A DNA stretch of 64,000 nt from Bugula neritina (lineage: Eukaryota > Animalia > Bryozoa): NCBI GenBank assembly GCA_964035545.1, contig OZ037766.1:1488001-1552000 (forward strand), in the 5' to 3' direction. Position 1 is the stretch's first letter. Each line of letters starts with the position of its first letter. A model generated the notes under the pieces. The model saw nothing but the letters and a program-made list of their open reading frames with translations, made no database searches and had not been told where the DNA came from. Made by a program: the position numbers and the translations under genes. This document shows, piece by piece, positions 1 to 33,869 of the stretch.

Positions 1-329
1 CAGAATCTGTATTCAACATCTTTCTTTGAAGAAAATAAAAGTAACTTGAGGTAGATATAAGTATATAGATGGTGCTCAGCCCTCACTATAGTAAACTTTT
101 AGATTAAAAATTTCCTCATTTGATAAATCAACCCAATTCACTATTCAACTAAATCTAGTTATCTACTATTTTGAAAATGACAACTAATTAAGGATCAGCT
201 GTCTCAACTATATTTATGTAATAAGGCTAAATTTCAACTCTAGATTTTTTATGCTTATGGGAGTTGTGTATCTGTAACTACGGGTTACCGGTGTCACTGC
301 CCGTTGACTGGTGTTGTGTTGATGTGTAG

Positions 330-11551
<11,222 letters not shown>

Positions 11552-12290
11552 CTTCAGCCGACAATCAGAATAACCTGGAGTTGTGTTATCATCCGATGCT
11601 GGCTCGGTTGACCAATGAATAACCAGAACTGTCTATTTATTATTATTTCTATTGTTCCCTGTTTGTTTATCAAACTTAATTGATAGTCTGAACTTATGAG
11701 ACTGAATTGATTGCTTGTAAGACAAATTTCTTCTGTTAAACATTCTTAACAGCTCAACCCGATGTTTGATATTTTTGTTACTGTGATTATAATAGCAAAA
11801 TTATAATTGTTCCTTAATAAATGCTTTCCCTAGTCAATTCTTTTAATATTATAATTAATATAATTAATATATATATTGTGCTATTATATGATAGTAAAAA
11901 CAGAGATAACAATTAGAATGCATATTGTAGAAAGTCTATTCGCATGTCATAGACATATGTATTGTTTTGGGTATGTCCTCCTCAATCCTGCACATATCTC
12001 CACGTCTATGTGTAACTTGTTACCAATAACAGCTAACTTCTGTTCTAACTTCAATTTCTTCCCCTAAAATAGAATACAATCCCTTGAAGTTAGACAACTC
12101 CACTTTGTAGCAACATATCTAATAGAAAACTTCAATGCCTCCCTCCACTCTTATTTACATACACCACAAGGTTTGGGTAGGCTTTAGCATAGATTGCGAA
12201 TTATGTATCTTTGCAGAGTTTTCCAATGCAAAGTTACAAACTTTTACATTGTTGAACAATTATTTTCGTGAGACAGTGACTCTACAATTA

Positions 12291-15200
12291 TTACAGTAAG
12301 TTGCTAGGCTGCAAAACAATAGTTTTGATTGGCCTGTGACTGACCAATAAGATCTGTAGCTGTTCCTCATTGGCTCTAATCTGTGTGATTATGTCCTCAG
12401 ACTGTTCATCCAAATCATTCACTTGGTGAGCCAGCTTGTACCATTCTCTGTCTCTACACGCCCCCAAGTTGAACCTCTGTATTCTACTCGCGGCCAGCTA
12501 AAATGGGAATAATACGGATTTGAAATGGGCGGAGCTTACAAGGTTACAATTTTCTAGGTGATATCTTACATTCTGTAGCGGATTACGTAATATCAAAATG
12601 TAAGCTGGCTTAAAAATTGTAAATCTTATTTCTAACCGGCTTTATAAGCCTACTTTGTATGTAGATATATTCTCATTGCTGTCAGATTTAAGATTCGCCT
12701 TTGTTTTTTGTGAAATGCTGTTCAACTTACATTTACAGAACCAGCATGGCTGTCCAGTGATTTCTTCAACAGCTCGATCGTTTTCTTCAAACCAAAGATA
12801 TTTTGTAGAGTAAAGGTCAACTGATTCGTGACCTTATTTTTATGCCCCATTAGCTGCACTTTGTTTTTCATCAGTTCTGTATTCACCTGGTAGAAGCAAT
12901 GATATAAAGCCTTTGCTAAAAGTCTATCATGTGTATAAGTTACATTTTATGTTATGCAGACTCGGTATAGGGTCAAGTACCTTAAGTATAAAATGAAGTA
13001 CCTCAAGTTTATAATCAAGTACTTCAAGTATAACATCAAGCACCTACAGCAGAATGCCTGCCACTTGCCAGTTGGTTTTAAAACTCCTTATTTACGCGTA
13101 ATAAGACCCACTCAAGATTTACTACATTTTATTATGCTAATGGGAAAAATATTATTTTATAGTGTAGGAACCAGGAAAACACAGAGCCAACTTGATGCAA
13201 GTGTCATTTAGCTTCCTATTTTAGAAAATTTAAAGGAAATAAGTTTGTTGTAATTAGACATTTTCTTCCATCGATTTGGTTAAGTAAGACCCAGTCAGGT
13301 GCACATAACTCCACCAACCTGGTTCCACTGCTGAGACTGGGTCTCACTAGACTCCCGCATGAACCTCTCAACTTCACTCCTCAGCTGCTTGCAGAATGCC
13401 CTCTGTGTCTGAGAACCTTTGATGTCTCTATCAGCAGACTCGGCACATGTATCTGGTGCAGGGCTAGGTATGCACCTTTCTCTCAGGCTATTAGCAATGC
13501 TAAAAACAGACTGGCTTAGTTGCAGGCTATGAGTAACCACATGCGTAGACAGAACTTGTTTGCCTCATGTTTTGGTAATGGTTTTCAATTGATTGAGATA
13601 CTAAACACACTTTTAGAGCCCACTTTTAATAACAGTTTTCATACTTTTAAAGTTTTTTGCAGCATAAATTTAAATCTAACAATGAAGAGGTATATAATGG
13701 AACATTGAGAAGAGCCTGTGTTCTAGATTATAAATGTGACAAAAGAAATTATGTTCTTCAAGGGAATTACAAAACCAAATTTTTAAAAAGAAATTAAAGA
13801 TCTCCTCCAGTTTCTCCACTACTGTACTTAAACGATAATAAAGCAGTCTAAAATTTTAAGATGCAAGCTTTAGAATCATCAGATCTTGAGAACTACAAAA
13901 GGTAATCTAAAATCACAAATTTCGAATTTAAGGACCTCAGTCTATGCACTGATTAGCAGCTTTTACTAGGAACAGACCTTGAACCTGTGGCAGCTTGGAG
14001 TTCACAGGTACCCAACGCTGCTACGGTCTCACTCTTGGCGCTGTCTTTCTCAAGTCTATGCTGAGTGACTCTGTTCAAATCAATTTGATTACAAATTCTA
14101 CTCAGATATGCACAGGCTGCCTGCTGACTCTGGACCATCAGTTGTACTTCAGACGTCAGCTCTTTCCCTACTGAGTCCGGGGAAACATCAACACCTGAAA
14201 CAAGTCACTGGCTCAAGTTACCTGCTCAAGTCATCCACTCAAGTCATTCGCTCAAGTCACCTGCTCAAGTCACCTACTCAAGTCATCCGCTCAAGTCACC
14301 TGCTCAAGTTGTTTATTTAAGTCAACAATTCTCCTGCTCAAGACATTTGCTCAAGTCACAAACTTGTCCAGTTGGCTGTTACGGTTTGAAGACGGAACTA
14401 CTATCAGTTAACAAGTTGCCTCATTTTCAAAAAGCAATTAGATTTAAATATAATATAAACACATTTTACTAGCTTAGAATTTATATGATTCGCTATTATC
14501 ATTATCTGTCTTGAGTTTTTGCAGCAATCAATTAACAACTAGTAGCTTCCACACTTAAGCTACCACATATTGTAAGTATAGATATAGCGTACAGGGCTGT
14601 CATCACACACACCCTGTATTTTATCTCTCTGGTACAGACACTCTTCGGCTATCCTTAGCTGTCCCTCAGACTCTCTCATGAACTTTTCTATAACTCTTCC
14701 CAACTTGTCCAGTTCTTCACTTTCTACCAGAAGTTGCTCTCTCTCATGGTTCAACTCGGCTTTCCAGAACTGTTGATCATTTACAGCAAGAGCAAGTTTT
14801 TGGTCTGTAGAAAATACGAGGATATGCTTCCATTACAGGAAGTAAGTATATATCGTTTTCTAATGAAACGGTAATAATAGCCTATATGGCTCATTACATA
14901 TATAATTATATATAATATATATCTACACAAACTCAGAGCACTGACCCCTCTACCATAAGACATTACACTTTTAGATGCCAATTAATATTCTTCTGATTAT
15001 TCTAAAGTCAAATTTAACAACAGTTCTAATACATATTACCTCACATCACCCCAACAGGTATAATTATGTACATAAAACACCTGTATACAGGTGTCAATGA
15101 CTATCGGCCTACAGAGCACACAGGAGAAAAGCTACCCACCAACGTCCTTCACACAATTCTGTGTCTTCAAGTCTAGTTTAGCAACTAAATGCTCTGACTG

Positions 15201-16345
15201 ATTTCTGAGTTGGCTGGTTTCAACCCTCTCCTATCAAAGAGCACAAGAATACAAATTCTCAACTTACTTTTTTCTACATTATTGCAGTTTTGAAAAGAAT
15301 GGAAAATGAAATGGCATAAACACATGTACTCTGATTATAAGTTCCAAACCAGCAAAACTACACCTGTCCAATGTGAAGAAGTGATCTGTCTTTAGAGTTT
15401 AGCTGCATTAAAGCTAAGGAGGGTGAAGCTATGCTATCAAAATTACTGTCAGGCAGGTGCTTGCTGTATGCACTGTCACTTAGAGCCAGATGCTTGTTTT
15501 CAGCTGACATGTACTTGGCACACAAAGTTGAATATGGGATTTTAGTAGTTGTTCTCCCACAAACTCTTCCGGATCTGCAGGTGTTAAAAAGTGGCAAAAA
15601 TCAAACAGAAGATTACTTTGTAAAAAATTTTGTTTATTTCTTCTGTAACTGAAGCTGTTTTGTGTTGATAACTTTGCCACTTGGCAACATGGCTTTCGGT
15701 CCTATCTGACATCACCACAAGTAGGTGCAGTAATGGAGAAATTGAGAAAAGTGTGTGTTCCAAATTAGAATTGTAGCAAAACCTAATAAGAAAATTAAAG
15801 AACTTAGGCCATCTCAATTTCTCCATTACTGCTCCTAAATGCTGTTCACTGAGCCATGACCGCTCTGTCAGTTACTTGAGCCAGTGACATATGATATATA
15901 CTCTTACCCATAGCTCTGACTTGGTGACCATGGTAGCGTAGATTGACTGTGGAGTAATGGAGAAGGAGATGGGTACGTGTCATACGCCTTCCATACTGCA
16001 TGAGAAAATGCAAGCTAAATATTAGTTTTAAAATTAGGGCTCAGATTAAAAGACAATTTCAATGGTGATATTTTTCTTAACTACCCAGTGATCTGGTACA
16101 AAATGTAGTGGAAGTTGCTTTCCCGCTGCTTTTCTAAAGCTTTAATGCCAAATTTGCTTTTAAGTTTTAATAGCACAAAATGAATTAATGACACCATAAT
16201 AGCTATACAATAAACCTGTATGTACAAACAGGAGCATTATTAGACAATTAGCAACTCTACCAGATAAAAAGGGAGGTGTTTTGACTACACTCCTCCTTTC
16301 TCCCCCTCCTGGTAGTCTACTTTGTGAAGTCTGCGTCAGTATCAT
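12291..16345 (-). CDS. Divergent tektin (tektin-3/5-like), about 9 coding exons
   Basis: Minus-strand exons read MILTQTSQ..., STLPWSPSQSY (cf. tektin-3 LPWRPSTYY), QKLALAVNDQQFWKAELNHEREQLL...RIAEECLYQRDKIQGVDVSPDSVGKELTSEV, NRVTQHRLEKD, SQTQRAFCKQLRSEVE...QWNQVN, QNIFGLKKTIELLKKSL, LAASRIQRFNLGACRD. The order is collinear with the tektin domain as I recall it. Confidence 0.85.
13688..13830. mobile_element. Degenerate copy of small MITE family (AGGTGCAGTAATGGAG TIR)
   Basis: Similar to 15723-15836 and to the reverse complement of 24413-24572; right end TTTCTCCACTACTGTACTT. Confidence 0.6.
14195..14360. repeat. Degenerate CTCAAGTCA(CCTG) short tandem repeat at a tektin 3' splice site
   Basis: About 12 CTCAAGT-type cores adjacent to the minus-strand acceptor at ~14194. 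Confidence 0.8.
15723..15836. mobile_element. Small MITE with ~25-bp TIRs (AGGTGCAGTAATGGAGAAATTGAGA ... TCTCAATTTCTCCATTACTGCTCCT)
   Basis: Near-perfect inverted termini; related copies at 13688, 24413 and 53034. Confidence 0.8.
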
Positions 16346-17235
16346 AACTTTGCTTATAGCTGCAAACACAACTCTGTAGTATGATGGCAAGTGAAAATAT
16401 CAGGAAATACGGATTTAGTACTGGCTATGGGCACTCAGAGCAGCTGGACCAAACTATAAAATTAGTCCAATAAATCATCAGTATGTAAAAGGTAGGTTTT
16501 TACAAACTCACCAATTTGTTTATAGCTTCTGAAGTCGGTAATACCTATAAATATGTGTTTAAGGCAGTGTTAACTCCCTGTGAAGGGGTAAAGTTTATTA
16601 TTTGCAGTTACGCTGAACAATAGTCAGCAGTGAAGAATGTGAGAATTGTCAGCACTGAGTTTTCATGACTTAGTTTTTAACAAAGTTACAGCATTATTGT
16701 AAATTACTTTATATGAAATAATATCTCTTCATGTGAAAAAATATCTCTTCATGTGAAATAAAGCTGTGTATGGCTTGCAAATCTATAATACAGCCACTAG
16801 CTAACTAGTCAATATTTCCCAGTTGCATCAGAGTTTAGTGTCATTCAAGCTATTGCAGTGTGCAGTGCAGCTGAAACATATTATGCTGTTGCCCGACTAT
16901 ACAAAGCCGTCAGAAAAGCAGGTTGTGCCTGAGCATACTAATGCTAATGGAACCAGATAGGGTTACATGGCCAATAACAATACAGACCTTCTTTACAGCT
17001 ACAGTTTATATTCACTTAACACCCTATATATAGAAAAATGAACTTAGCATTTCTGCTATAAACATATAAATTAGTCAATTTATTTTTATATTACGATATA
17101 AAATCAAAATGTCATATTAAATTAGTGATAGCTAATTTTCAAACATTTAGTTATCAGGAATAGTTTTTCTTTGACTTATTTCGTTCACCTACAACTTTGT
17201 GATGAAAAATCTACATAATAGAAACTTTAAAAACC

Positions 17236-19244
17236 TTAAGCTTTGTCATCAGTAGTCATAGCAGATGTTACGTCATCTGTAAGACCACCAGAGGGAGTAT
17301 CAGTTGTACCACCAGAGGGAGTGTCAGTTACACCACTAGAGGGAGTATCAGTTACACCACTAGAGGGAGTGTCAGTTACACCACTAGAGGGAGTATCAGT
17401 TGTACCACTAGAGGGAGTATCAGTTGTACCACCAGTGGGAGTATCAGTTACACCACTAGAGGGAGTATTGGTTGCACCACCAGAGGGAGTATCAGTTGCA
17501 CCACTAGAGGGAGTATCAGTTACACCACTAGAGGGGGTATCAGTTACACCACTAGAGGGAGTATCAGTTACACCACTAGAGGGAGTATCAGTTGTACCAC
17601 TAGAGGGAGTATCAGTTACACCACTAGAGGGGGTATCAGTTGTACCACAAGAGGGGGTATCAGTTGTATCACCAGAGGGAGTATCAGTTACACCACTAGA
17701 GGGAGTATCAGTTGTACCGCTAGAGGGGGTATCAGTTGTACCACTAGAGGGAGTATCAGTTACACCACTAGAGGGAGTGTCAGTTACACCACTAGAGGGA
17801 GTATCAGTTACACCGCTAGAGGGAGTACCAGATGAATGAGTCATGATTCGGCCATTACTCTTTTCCACAGCTTCTTCGGTCTGGTGGCTGACAACCAACT
17901 CTTGAATATTAAACTTTTTATACAGCATATAGTCATGAATGACTGATATACAACATACTTTCTTCAATACATCAATGCCTACAACCAACTGTGGGTTATC
18001 CAAGTCAACTCTCCATTCACTGTGGCTTTCCCGAATGGCTTCCCCCACCACTTTGATAATTGCTAGCTGAGACAATTCTCCATCATTATTGTTCCTCACT
18101 TTCACTAGTAGTTTGTAAGATTTACCCTGTGTATCCTCAGTGCTGACAGATGACAAGTACTTCTTTATAGCTGACGTAACACACGGACCTATTTTAGTCA
18201 GATCTGCACGACATGAGGATAAGACGGGAATTATTCTATTCAGAGCTCTACTAGCTTTCCTGAGCGTTCCTTGCTTTGCATCCTCTACAACAAATAGACT
18301 TGCCTTCATATCACAGAGCCATACACAACAGATTTTTAATAGGCCTCCACTGAAAAAATGCTGATCTATTTATTGGGTTACACAATAAAAACAGTATAAA
18401 TATAAGTCAATCTTCTTGTATTCGGCTGCAAATAATACCAAAGTCATTCCTAGAAGAAGCCTTTTTAGCTGTGTTAGAATTGCTAACAACACCAAATAAC
18501 AAGCTCAAGCAAATTTATAGTCACCATCCCTGTGAGAAACCCCTAATGAAAAGGGGTTTTTTGTTAAATCGGGCGAAGGACTTGTTAAGATGAGGCACAG
18601 GAGCAATTATGACTGGATGCTCTTCCTGACATCATCAATGGCCTTTACTGGGGTTCGAACCCATGACTTCATGTTTACTAAGCAAACGCTCTAACCCCTA
18701 AACCACGTCTGATCCTTAACACCAGATAGACATTATAATCTAAAACATATTTAGAGAAGTTGATTACCCATACTGATTGGCTCACCTAGAATCTTGTATG
18801 CTAAAGACTGGTGATTCGGTAAAGTAGTTTTCATGAACATAATTTGGTTAATGCCAGTTTCTTGGTATGAAAAAGTGTCCCCAAAATTCCGCTTCTCTTT
18901 CAGTTTCGATATCTGTTTACTCATAGCTGCTTCAATATCGCTGTCACTATTTTCATCCTCTTCCGTATTACTCTAAAATATAGAATTATTATTAGCAAAA
19001 CATCAAGATGATCAAATAATAACAAAACTAACTCTTATTTCAGTAAGACACATACTTCATGGTTCACACTATCTCTGTTCAAATCTCCAACGTAGCTATT
19101 CAGCAGCTCGTATGCTTCACTTTTAGCCTGTCTGTCACGGCCCCTGGCAAAGGAAAAGATGAAGCCCACAGCACCTTGCTGCAATTCCGAGCCTTTAAAT
19201 CGCTTAGAGCTGCTTTTATAGTAGGACTTGTTTCTTTTTCCCAT
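17236..19244 (-). CDS. THUMPD1: THUMP domain-containing protein 1 (Tan1 homologue), 3 coding exons, with a long C-terminal octapeptide repeat
   Basis: Exons ~19056-19244, ~18787-18971 and 17236-18349: KSEAYELLNSY, ETGINQIMFMKT, SYKLLVKVRNN, WRVDLDNPQLVVGIDVLKKVCCISVIHDYMLYKKFNIQEL, typical of THUMPD1/Tan1. Confidence 0.92.
17275..17830 (-). repeat. Coding 24-bp minisatellite (~23 x TDTPSSG[V/T])
   Basis: Unit GAGGGAGTATCAGTTACACCACTA, in frame within the last THUMPD1 exon. Confidence 0.95.
18520..18715 (-). mobile_element. tRNA-derived SINE, probably V-SINE type, in THUMPD1 intron 2
   Basis: Minus strand shows A box TGGTTTAGGGG and B box GGTTCGAACCC, followed by GATGTCAGGAAGAGCATCCAG, resembling the V-domain core GTCAGGAAGGGCATCCGG as I recall it; no complete tRNA cloverleaf. 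Confidence 0.75.
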
Positions 19245-19399
19245 AATATAAGTATAACTACAAATTCTATGTAAAATCAAATACAAAACTAGTAGAGATA
19301 TTTTACAGTACAATATATTTATATTATAATTTAAATTGTATTATATTATATTACCGTAATATCTGTAATAGCAATAAATATATCTAAATGCTCAAACGA

Positions 19400-19975
19400 A
19401 AAGAGTCAGTATGAGTATGAGTAGTGTAACTGTAAGCATCAAAGTAAGACTTCAACATAAAATTAGAGTCTAGAAGTACTAAGCCTAAGGAGTAAGGTTT
19501 AAGAGTAACTGTAAGACTGTACTTTAACTTGTACTTGTACTTGTAGTTGTAGTTATACTATAACTATAAGTTATAGTTATACTAGATTATACATATAACA
19601 TTAAGTTTAACTATAACTATAGGTCTAAGATTTAGATATAAGATAGTAGCACTGGTATTTAGTAGATAATAATATACTTATAGTTATACTAATACTTATA
19701 GTTAAAGTTTATTAAATTTAATAGTTATACAATATACTATTACTTGTAGTTGTAGGTTGTCTAACTCTAACTGTCAGTGTCTAAGACTAAGAGTAAGTTC
19801 AAGTTGTATTAGCCTTAGCCTTAGGGCAATATTAAATACAGCTTTGTCTAATCGTATCACAAGTCACAACTACAGTGTTAATGATCATGAAAATTAACAA
19901 TCACTTCGTAAGAATGAGACAAGTATGAGTATCACACTCACCACTACCACTACCAGAATTATAATCAACTAGTGT
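19400..19975. other. Cryptic 6-bp-periodic tract A (5' region of THUMPD1)
   Basis: e.g. CTTGTA CTTGTA GTTGTA GTTATA CTATAA CTATAA GTTATA: fixed A-S-T with variable other positions. Confidence 0.85.
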
Positions 19976-19979
19976 TAGA

Positions 19980-20300
19980 AGTGTGTTCTTGCTCCAAGGG
20001 GAAATCACATATTATGAAACAAATTGGCTTCGCTAGTTTGATTAAACAAAATCTTTGGCGAAGTAGAAGTTAAGGGAGTTCATCTACGACGTCACGTCGT
20101 CCACCACACTAATTGCTGCTCAAAGGCAACATCTACTATAATGAACGAGATTACTAGATGCAGCACAAAGTTTGGAGCTACTGAACGAAGCGTTCATAAT
20201 TACTCATTGTTGTTCGAACTTCAAATCCGGAAATCGAGTAACCTCTTTACTCAGTCACCCCGAAAATTGTGCTCCATCAAATGATTTCCAAAAAATTGCC
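19980..20300. promoter_or_regulatory. Probable bidirectional promoter core for THUMPD1 / MKRN2OS-like
   Basis: Unique, relatively CpG-rich island between two divergent genes; CRE-like GACGTCACGTCG (~20088) and ETS-like CCGGAAAT (~20227). Confidence 0.55.
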
Positions 20301-20304
20301 TCAG

Positions 20305-20820
20305 CTCATCATGATCATAGTGATTGTTGACCCAGAGTCAGAGTGGGAGTGGTTGGTCTAAACTCGTGGAGCTTGACTGTACACAAAGGTACTCAAATGA
20401 TGATGGTTATTTCTCAGTCAATTCCAATAATTTCAAGGCTATACCTGGTTTTCACCTTGAACCTAAAGTCGATCATCATCATCTTGATCTTTATTTTTGT
20501 ATTTCAATTTGTAACACTAAGTCTAACACTAACAGTAACTGTAAGACTAAAGTTGAAGTTTAAGCTAACAGTAACACCAAGAGTAACTGTAAGTCGATTA
20601 CTATCGCTATGAGTATGGGTAGGATTTTCTACGAGTGACTAACTCTGAGCAAAAGATTACGAAATGCTCAATTGTTGATTTGAATGTAGTTTTTTTTAAA
20701 TTTCTATCCTCATCCTGACAGTCTCAGTCTGAGTCACAGAGTAAACATTAATTTGAAAATTATTTTACAATAAAATTTTCATTTTGCAATTGCCACCACT
20801 GTCAGTGTCACTTGTATTTT
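20305..20820. other. Cryptic 6-bp-periodic tract B (5' region of MKRN2OS-like)
   Basis: e.g. AGTCTA ACACTA ACAGTA ACTGTA AGACTA AAGTTG AAGTTT AAGCTA ACAGTA. Confidence 0.8.
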
Positions 20821-21326
20821 CACGAAAAAGACAAAGTGAAAGAAGTTGATTAAATATCGAATGAAATAAGTCTGTTCAGAATATTAGCTAATTTAGTTAT
20901 AGATTAATATTTATAAAAGTATAACTATATTCATATGTTTATTTGAATTAAATTCAGTTTCACAACTATTTGTATAATTTGCTTTCAGGTGCAGTTTAAA
21001 TTAGGTTGATTTTGAAATAAATGAGTAGGAGTATCTTTAGAATTATGTAATCTCTACATCTTTAATTTGAATGGTCAGTATTTTGAAGTACCAACTCATC
21101 AATAGAAACACTTGCCTTTGATGAAATTCATTGAATTTATGTATAATTATTTATATAGTTCATGCGATTCGATGCCAATATCAATATTTATTTTCAATCT
21201 AAATCCAAATGTGTAGAGAATGATTAATTTCAATTTTGCAATTAATTTTTTCTAGTACCGGCACCAGTATTGATTTTGACAGTAGTTTACGTTCAAAGAC
21301 AACATGTGTTTTTGTAGAATTTCTTG

Positions 21327-22147
21327 ATGGAGGCAGAAGTATCAGTAGAAGATATTACTATAAAAGTCCAGAAAGACGCCATTTTCTCTAAAAAGTCAAT
21401 ACACGGAGATCACCGGCATGCTATTAGGTCATTTAGACATTGTATAAAGTTTGTGTTTTGTTTTGAACTGCCAGACTTTTGTCCTGTTTGTGGTAAAGAC
21501 ATGTTGACTAGTGAATTGAAGGTCCCTCCCTTCATATATCCTTCTCCATTCACCATTGAACCCACCTCTGCAATAGCTTTCCTCATAAAACCTTCTCTGG
21601 GAAAGACTTTTCTGTATGACTACAAAGATGGGGACTCATTGCATTGTGGTATACTGGACAGTTACGGACATGTGCATGATTTTGATGAAAAGGGGCTGCA
21701 TTTTAGTTTTCAACGTTGGCTGAACTGTATCTCAATACCAGTAGATGTAAGCCTTCAATCAAACAAGCCAACCATGGATGATGTTAAAGAGGCATGGGCT
21801 CAACAGTGTGCAAGGTAATGCATACTGCAGTTGCCAGTTGTAATGTTGCTTGTTAAATATTGACACTATTGAGTAACCCAACACACTGTATAAAACTAAT
21901 ACATTATGTATTGAGTATATTTAACCTAGCTTATATTGATGTTTGCAGATATGATTCTGAAACTGCCAACTGTTTTACATTTGTGTTGTTCTGCCTCAAG
22001 TCATTTGGCTGCTACAAGCACTCCAGTGAAACTGATTTCCTGACGGAAGTTGTCCTCCCTCACACAGCTAAAGCTGCTAAGTACATTTCATTATATAGAA
22101 GGCTGGTGTCATCTGGTGGCACTTTAGTCAATAGTGATGACATTTGA
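21327..22147 (+). CDS. MKRN2OS: MKRN2 opposite-strand protein-like (DUF4796 type), exons 21327-21814 and 21949-22147
   Basis: FRHC...CPVCG...PPFIYPSPF...FLIKPSLGKTFLYDY...LHCGI...VHDFDEKGL...W..CISIP; RYDSETANCFTFVLFCL...LPHTAKAAKYISLYR. Phase-consistent GT-AG intron. Confidence 0.85.
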
Positions 22148-22838
22148 CAACACGTGCTACTTTGTATTACACTAATACGCAGTAGAGTGTTGTGTCTAAT
22201 GGCATGCAGCAGCATGTACTTGTGTTGTGGTGACTAGTCACTAAATTGTGTTATTTTGTAGGCATTTTTTATACCACTCTGTGATAATTTTTACAATCCT
22301 TTTGCTCAATATAACTTTTCCACTTTTGCCTCGACAGTCGACAATGCAATATTAATCCATAAATAACAAGTATTTAATATTTTGCTCGGGGTTGATTTTA
22401 AAAAATTTAACTTATTAGTCAAAAGGATGATAATAAAGTATAATTATAATAAGAATTAAGCATGCCCACAGATATATTTTATGCTATAAAATAAATAGAA
22501 CTATAAATTAATACTTTAAGAAGGGTGGCTACTGCCCCATTCAGAGAGGACAACTCCTACAGTACAGATAATATTTCAGTCACTAGAAACATAAGTTGAG
22601 CAGACGACCTGGCTGTCTAACCCGCTGTAGATTGTCATGCGTTGATCTGTAGCAGATTTTTGCGAATATGATTTAGATTTTCTGTCAAAGTGATGCCACA
22701 ATGTTTTGCCGGACATGCTTTATATCTGAGAAACGGTCGGACAAAACACGGGCGGCACACAGCAGGGCAACCTAAATCATTACACACGAGAATCTGATTA
22801 CAGCGCACACGAAGCGACCATCTACAGCGGGATAGACT

Positions 22839-30324
<7,486 letters not shown>

Positions 30325-30544
30325 CTTGCAAATAGACTAAATACCCTTATACAGTTGCTTGAAATGATAAGCTGTTAGGTTAGTTACGACTTGCAACCAC
30401 TCAGTCGGACTTTTTTTAACCGTTATTATAAACTCTGCACATTAAATCTAATGCATTACATTGATAATCACGGAGTCTGTTGTCATGCGTAGCTAGGCTT
30501 GCTCTTGTTCTCGCAAATCCCGATAGTGTTTCTCTCTGCTGGTT

Positions 30545-30560
30545 TCCTGTCTCTTTTTTA
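30545..30560 (+). promoter_or_regulatory. TCT/5'TOP polypyrimidine initiator of RPL11
   Basis: CCTGTCTCTTTTTT about 15-25 nt upstream of the RPL11 ATG, as is typical of ribosomal protein genes. Confidence 0.7.
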
Positions 30561-30574
30561 CTAGGCCTGAAGAC

Positions 30575-32885
<2,311 letters not shown>

Positions 32886-33869
32886 ATATAATTTACTTGT
32901 TTTAGTTGTCATGTCATCACAACTTGAAGGCTAAATATAATATGAAAAAAAAATCAAAAATTTCACTGGTTTTCTTTTCACTAATTATATTGAGAATGCA
33001 GTTAAGTTTACAGTTATAAGCATTATCAAAGCAACTCAGTTTCTGTAAAAGTGATGCTATATCTGGGTAATTTTATGTTGTTAAGTATTCAGCAGCAAAT
33101 TAGGGTCAGAAATAGTCTGAAGTTGATGGAAATATAACACTTGGTTTGATACCATCTGCCCATTCCAAATATGGATAAGAAAACCTGATCAAAGATCTTG
33201 CAAAAATAAAGTAGGATCTCTAGCAAAACAGGAATGTAATTTCAAAACAATTCCACTTGGCTTAATCATAAAGCTATCAAATAAACCAATTTCATATAAT
33301 CTCTCGATTAAAAAAATGTAACAATAAAATAGAGTGCTGATAGTTGGATATCTACTCCAACAGTGATGATACAAAATTTATTTTTAATCTATGGTACTGA
33401 AAGGGTTAAAGTTATTACTGAGTCAGGACTACATATATATGGGTGAGGATTATAATGTAACGTGCTGGTCGCATGTAAATAACATACGAATCATATAATG
33501 TTGTGAGAGTGCCAATGTCCTTGGTTGGAAGCTCCATATTCAAAACTGTTGCCTAATAATGATTGTAGGTCTTCTTGTGTGCGAGGTTCTAATATTGGTG
33601 AGCCATGTCCATTAGTAGGTACTGGCATAGAGTTATTTTCTTAATCTCAAGCAGATGCGGCTCACCACTAACAGGAAATATCCCTCTCTCACATTATTAG
33701 GCACGTGGAGTTATCTTCTGCTGCACATCTCGGAATAAATGGACTCATTGTTTCTGACGGAAAAAATCTGGCTTTGCTGTACTTCCCTCAAAAATACATT
33801 CCAAGTTATTCTCACTATTGCGTTGCAGTTGTAGTTCTATTTGTCGCTTCGATGACTTTTGTTGTCACT

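Noticed and set aside
17243-17839. 198-aa plus-strand ORF (PLEGVSVT repeats)
   Set aside because: Antisense shadow of the THUMPD1 coding repeat.
18640-18715. Possible tRNA gene on the minus strand
   Set aside because: A and B boxes are present but the acceptor stem does not close, and it continues into a SINE body.
30384-30493. RFX X-box-like sequences upstream of DRC1 (GTTACGACTTGCAAC, GTTGTCATGCGTAGC)
   Set aside because: Only half-site matches to GTTGCCATGGCAAC; too weak to call without a PWM or conservation.
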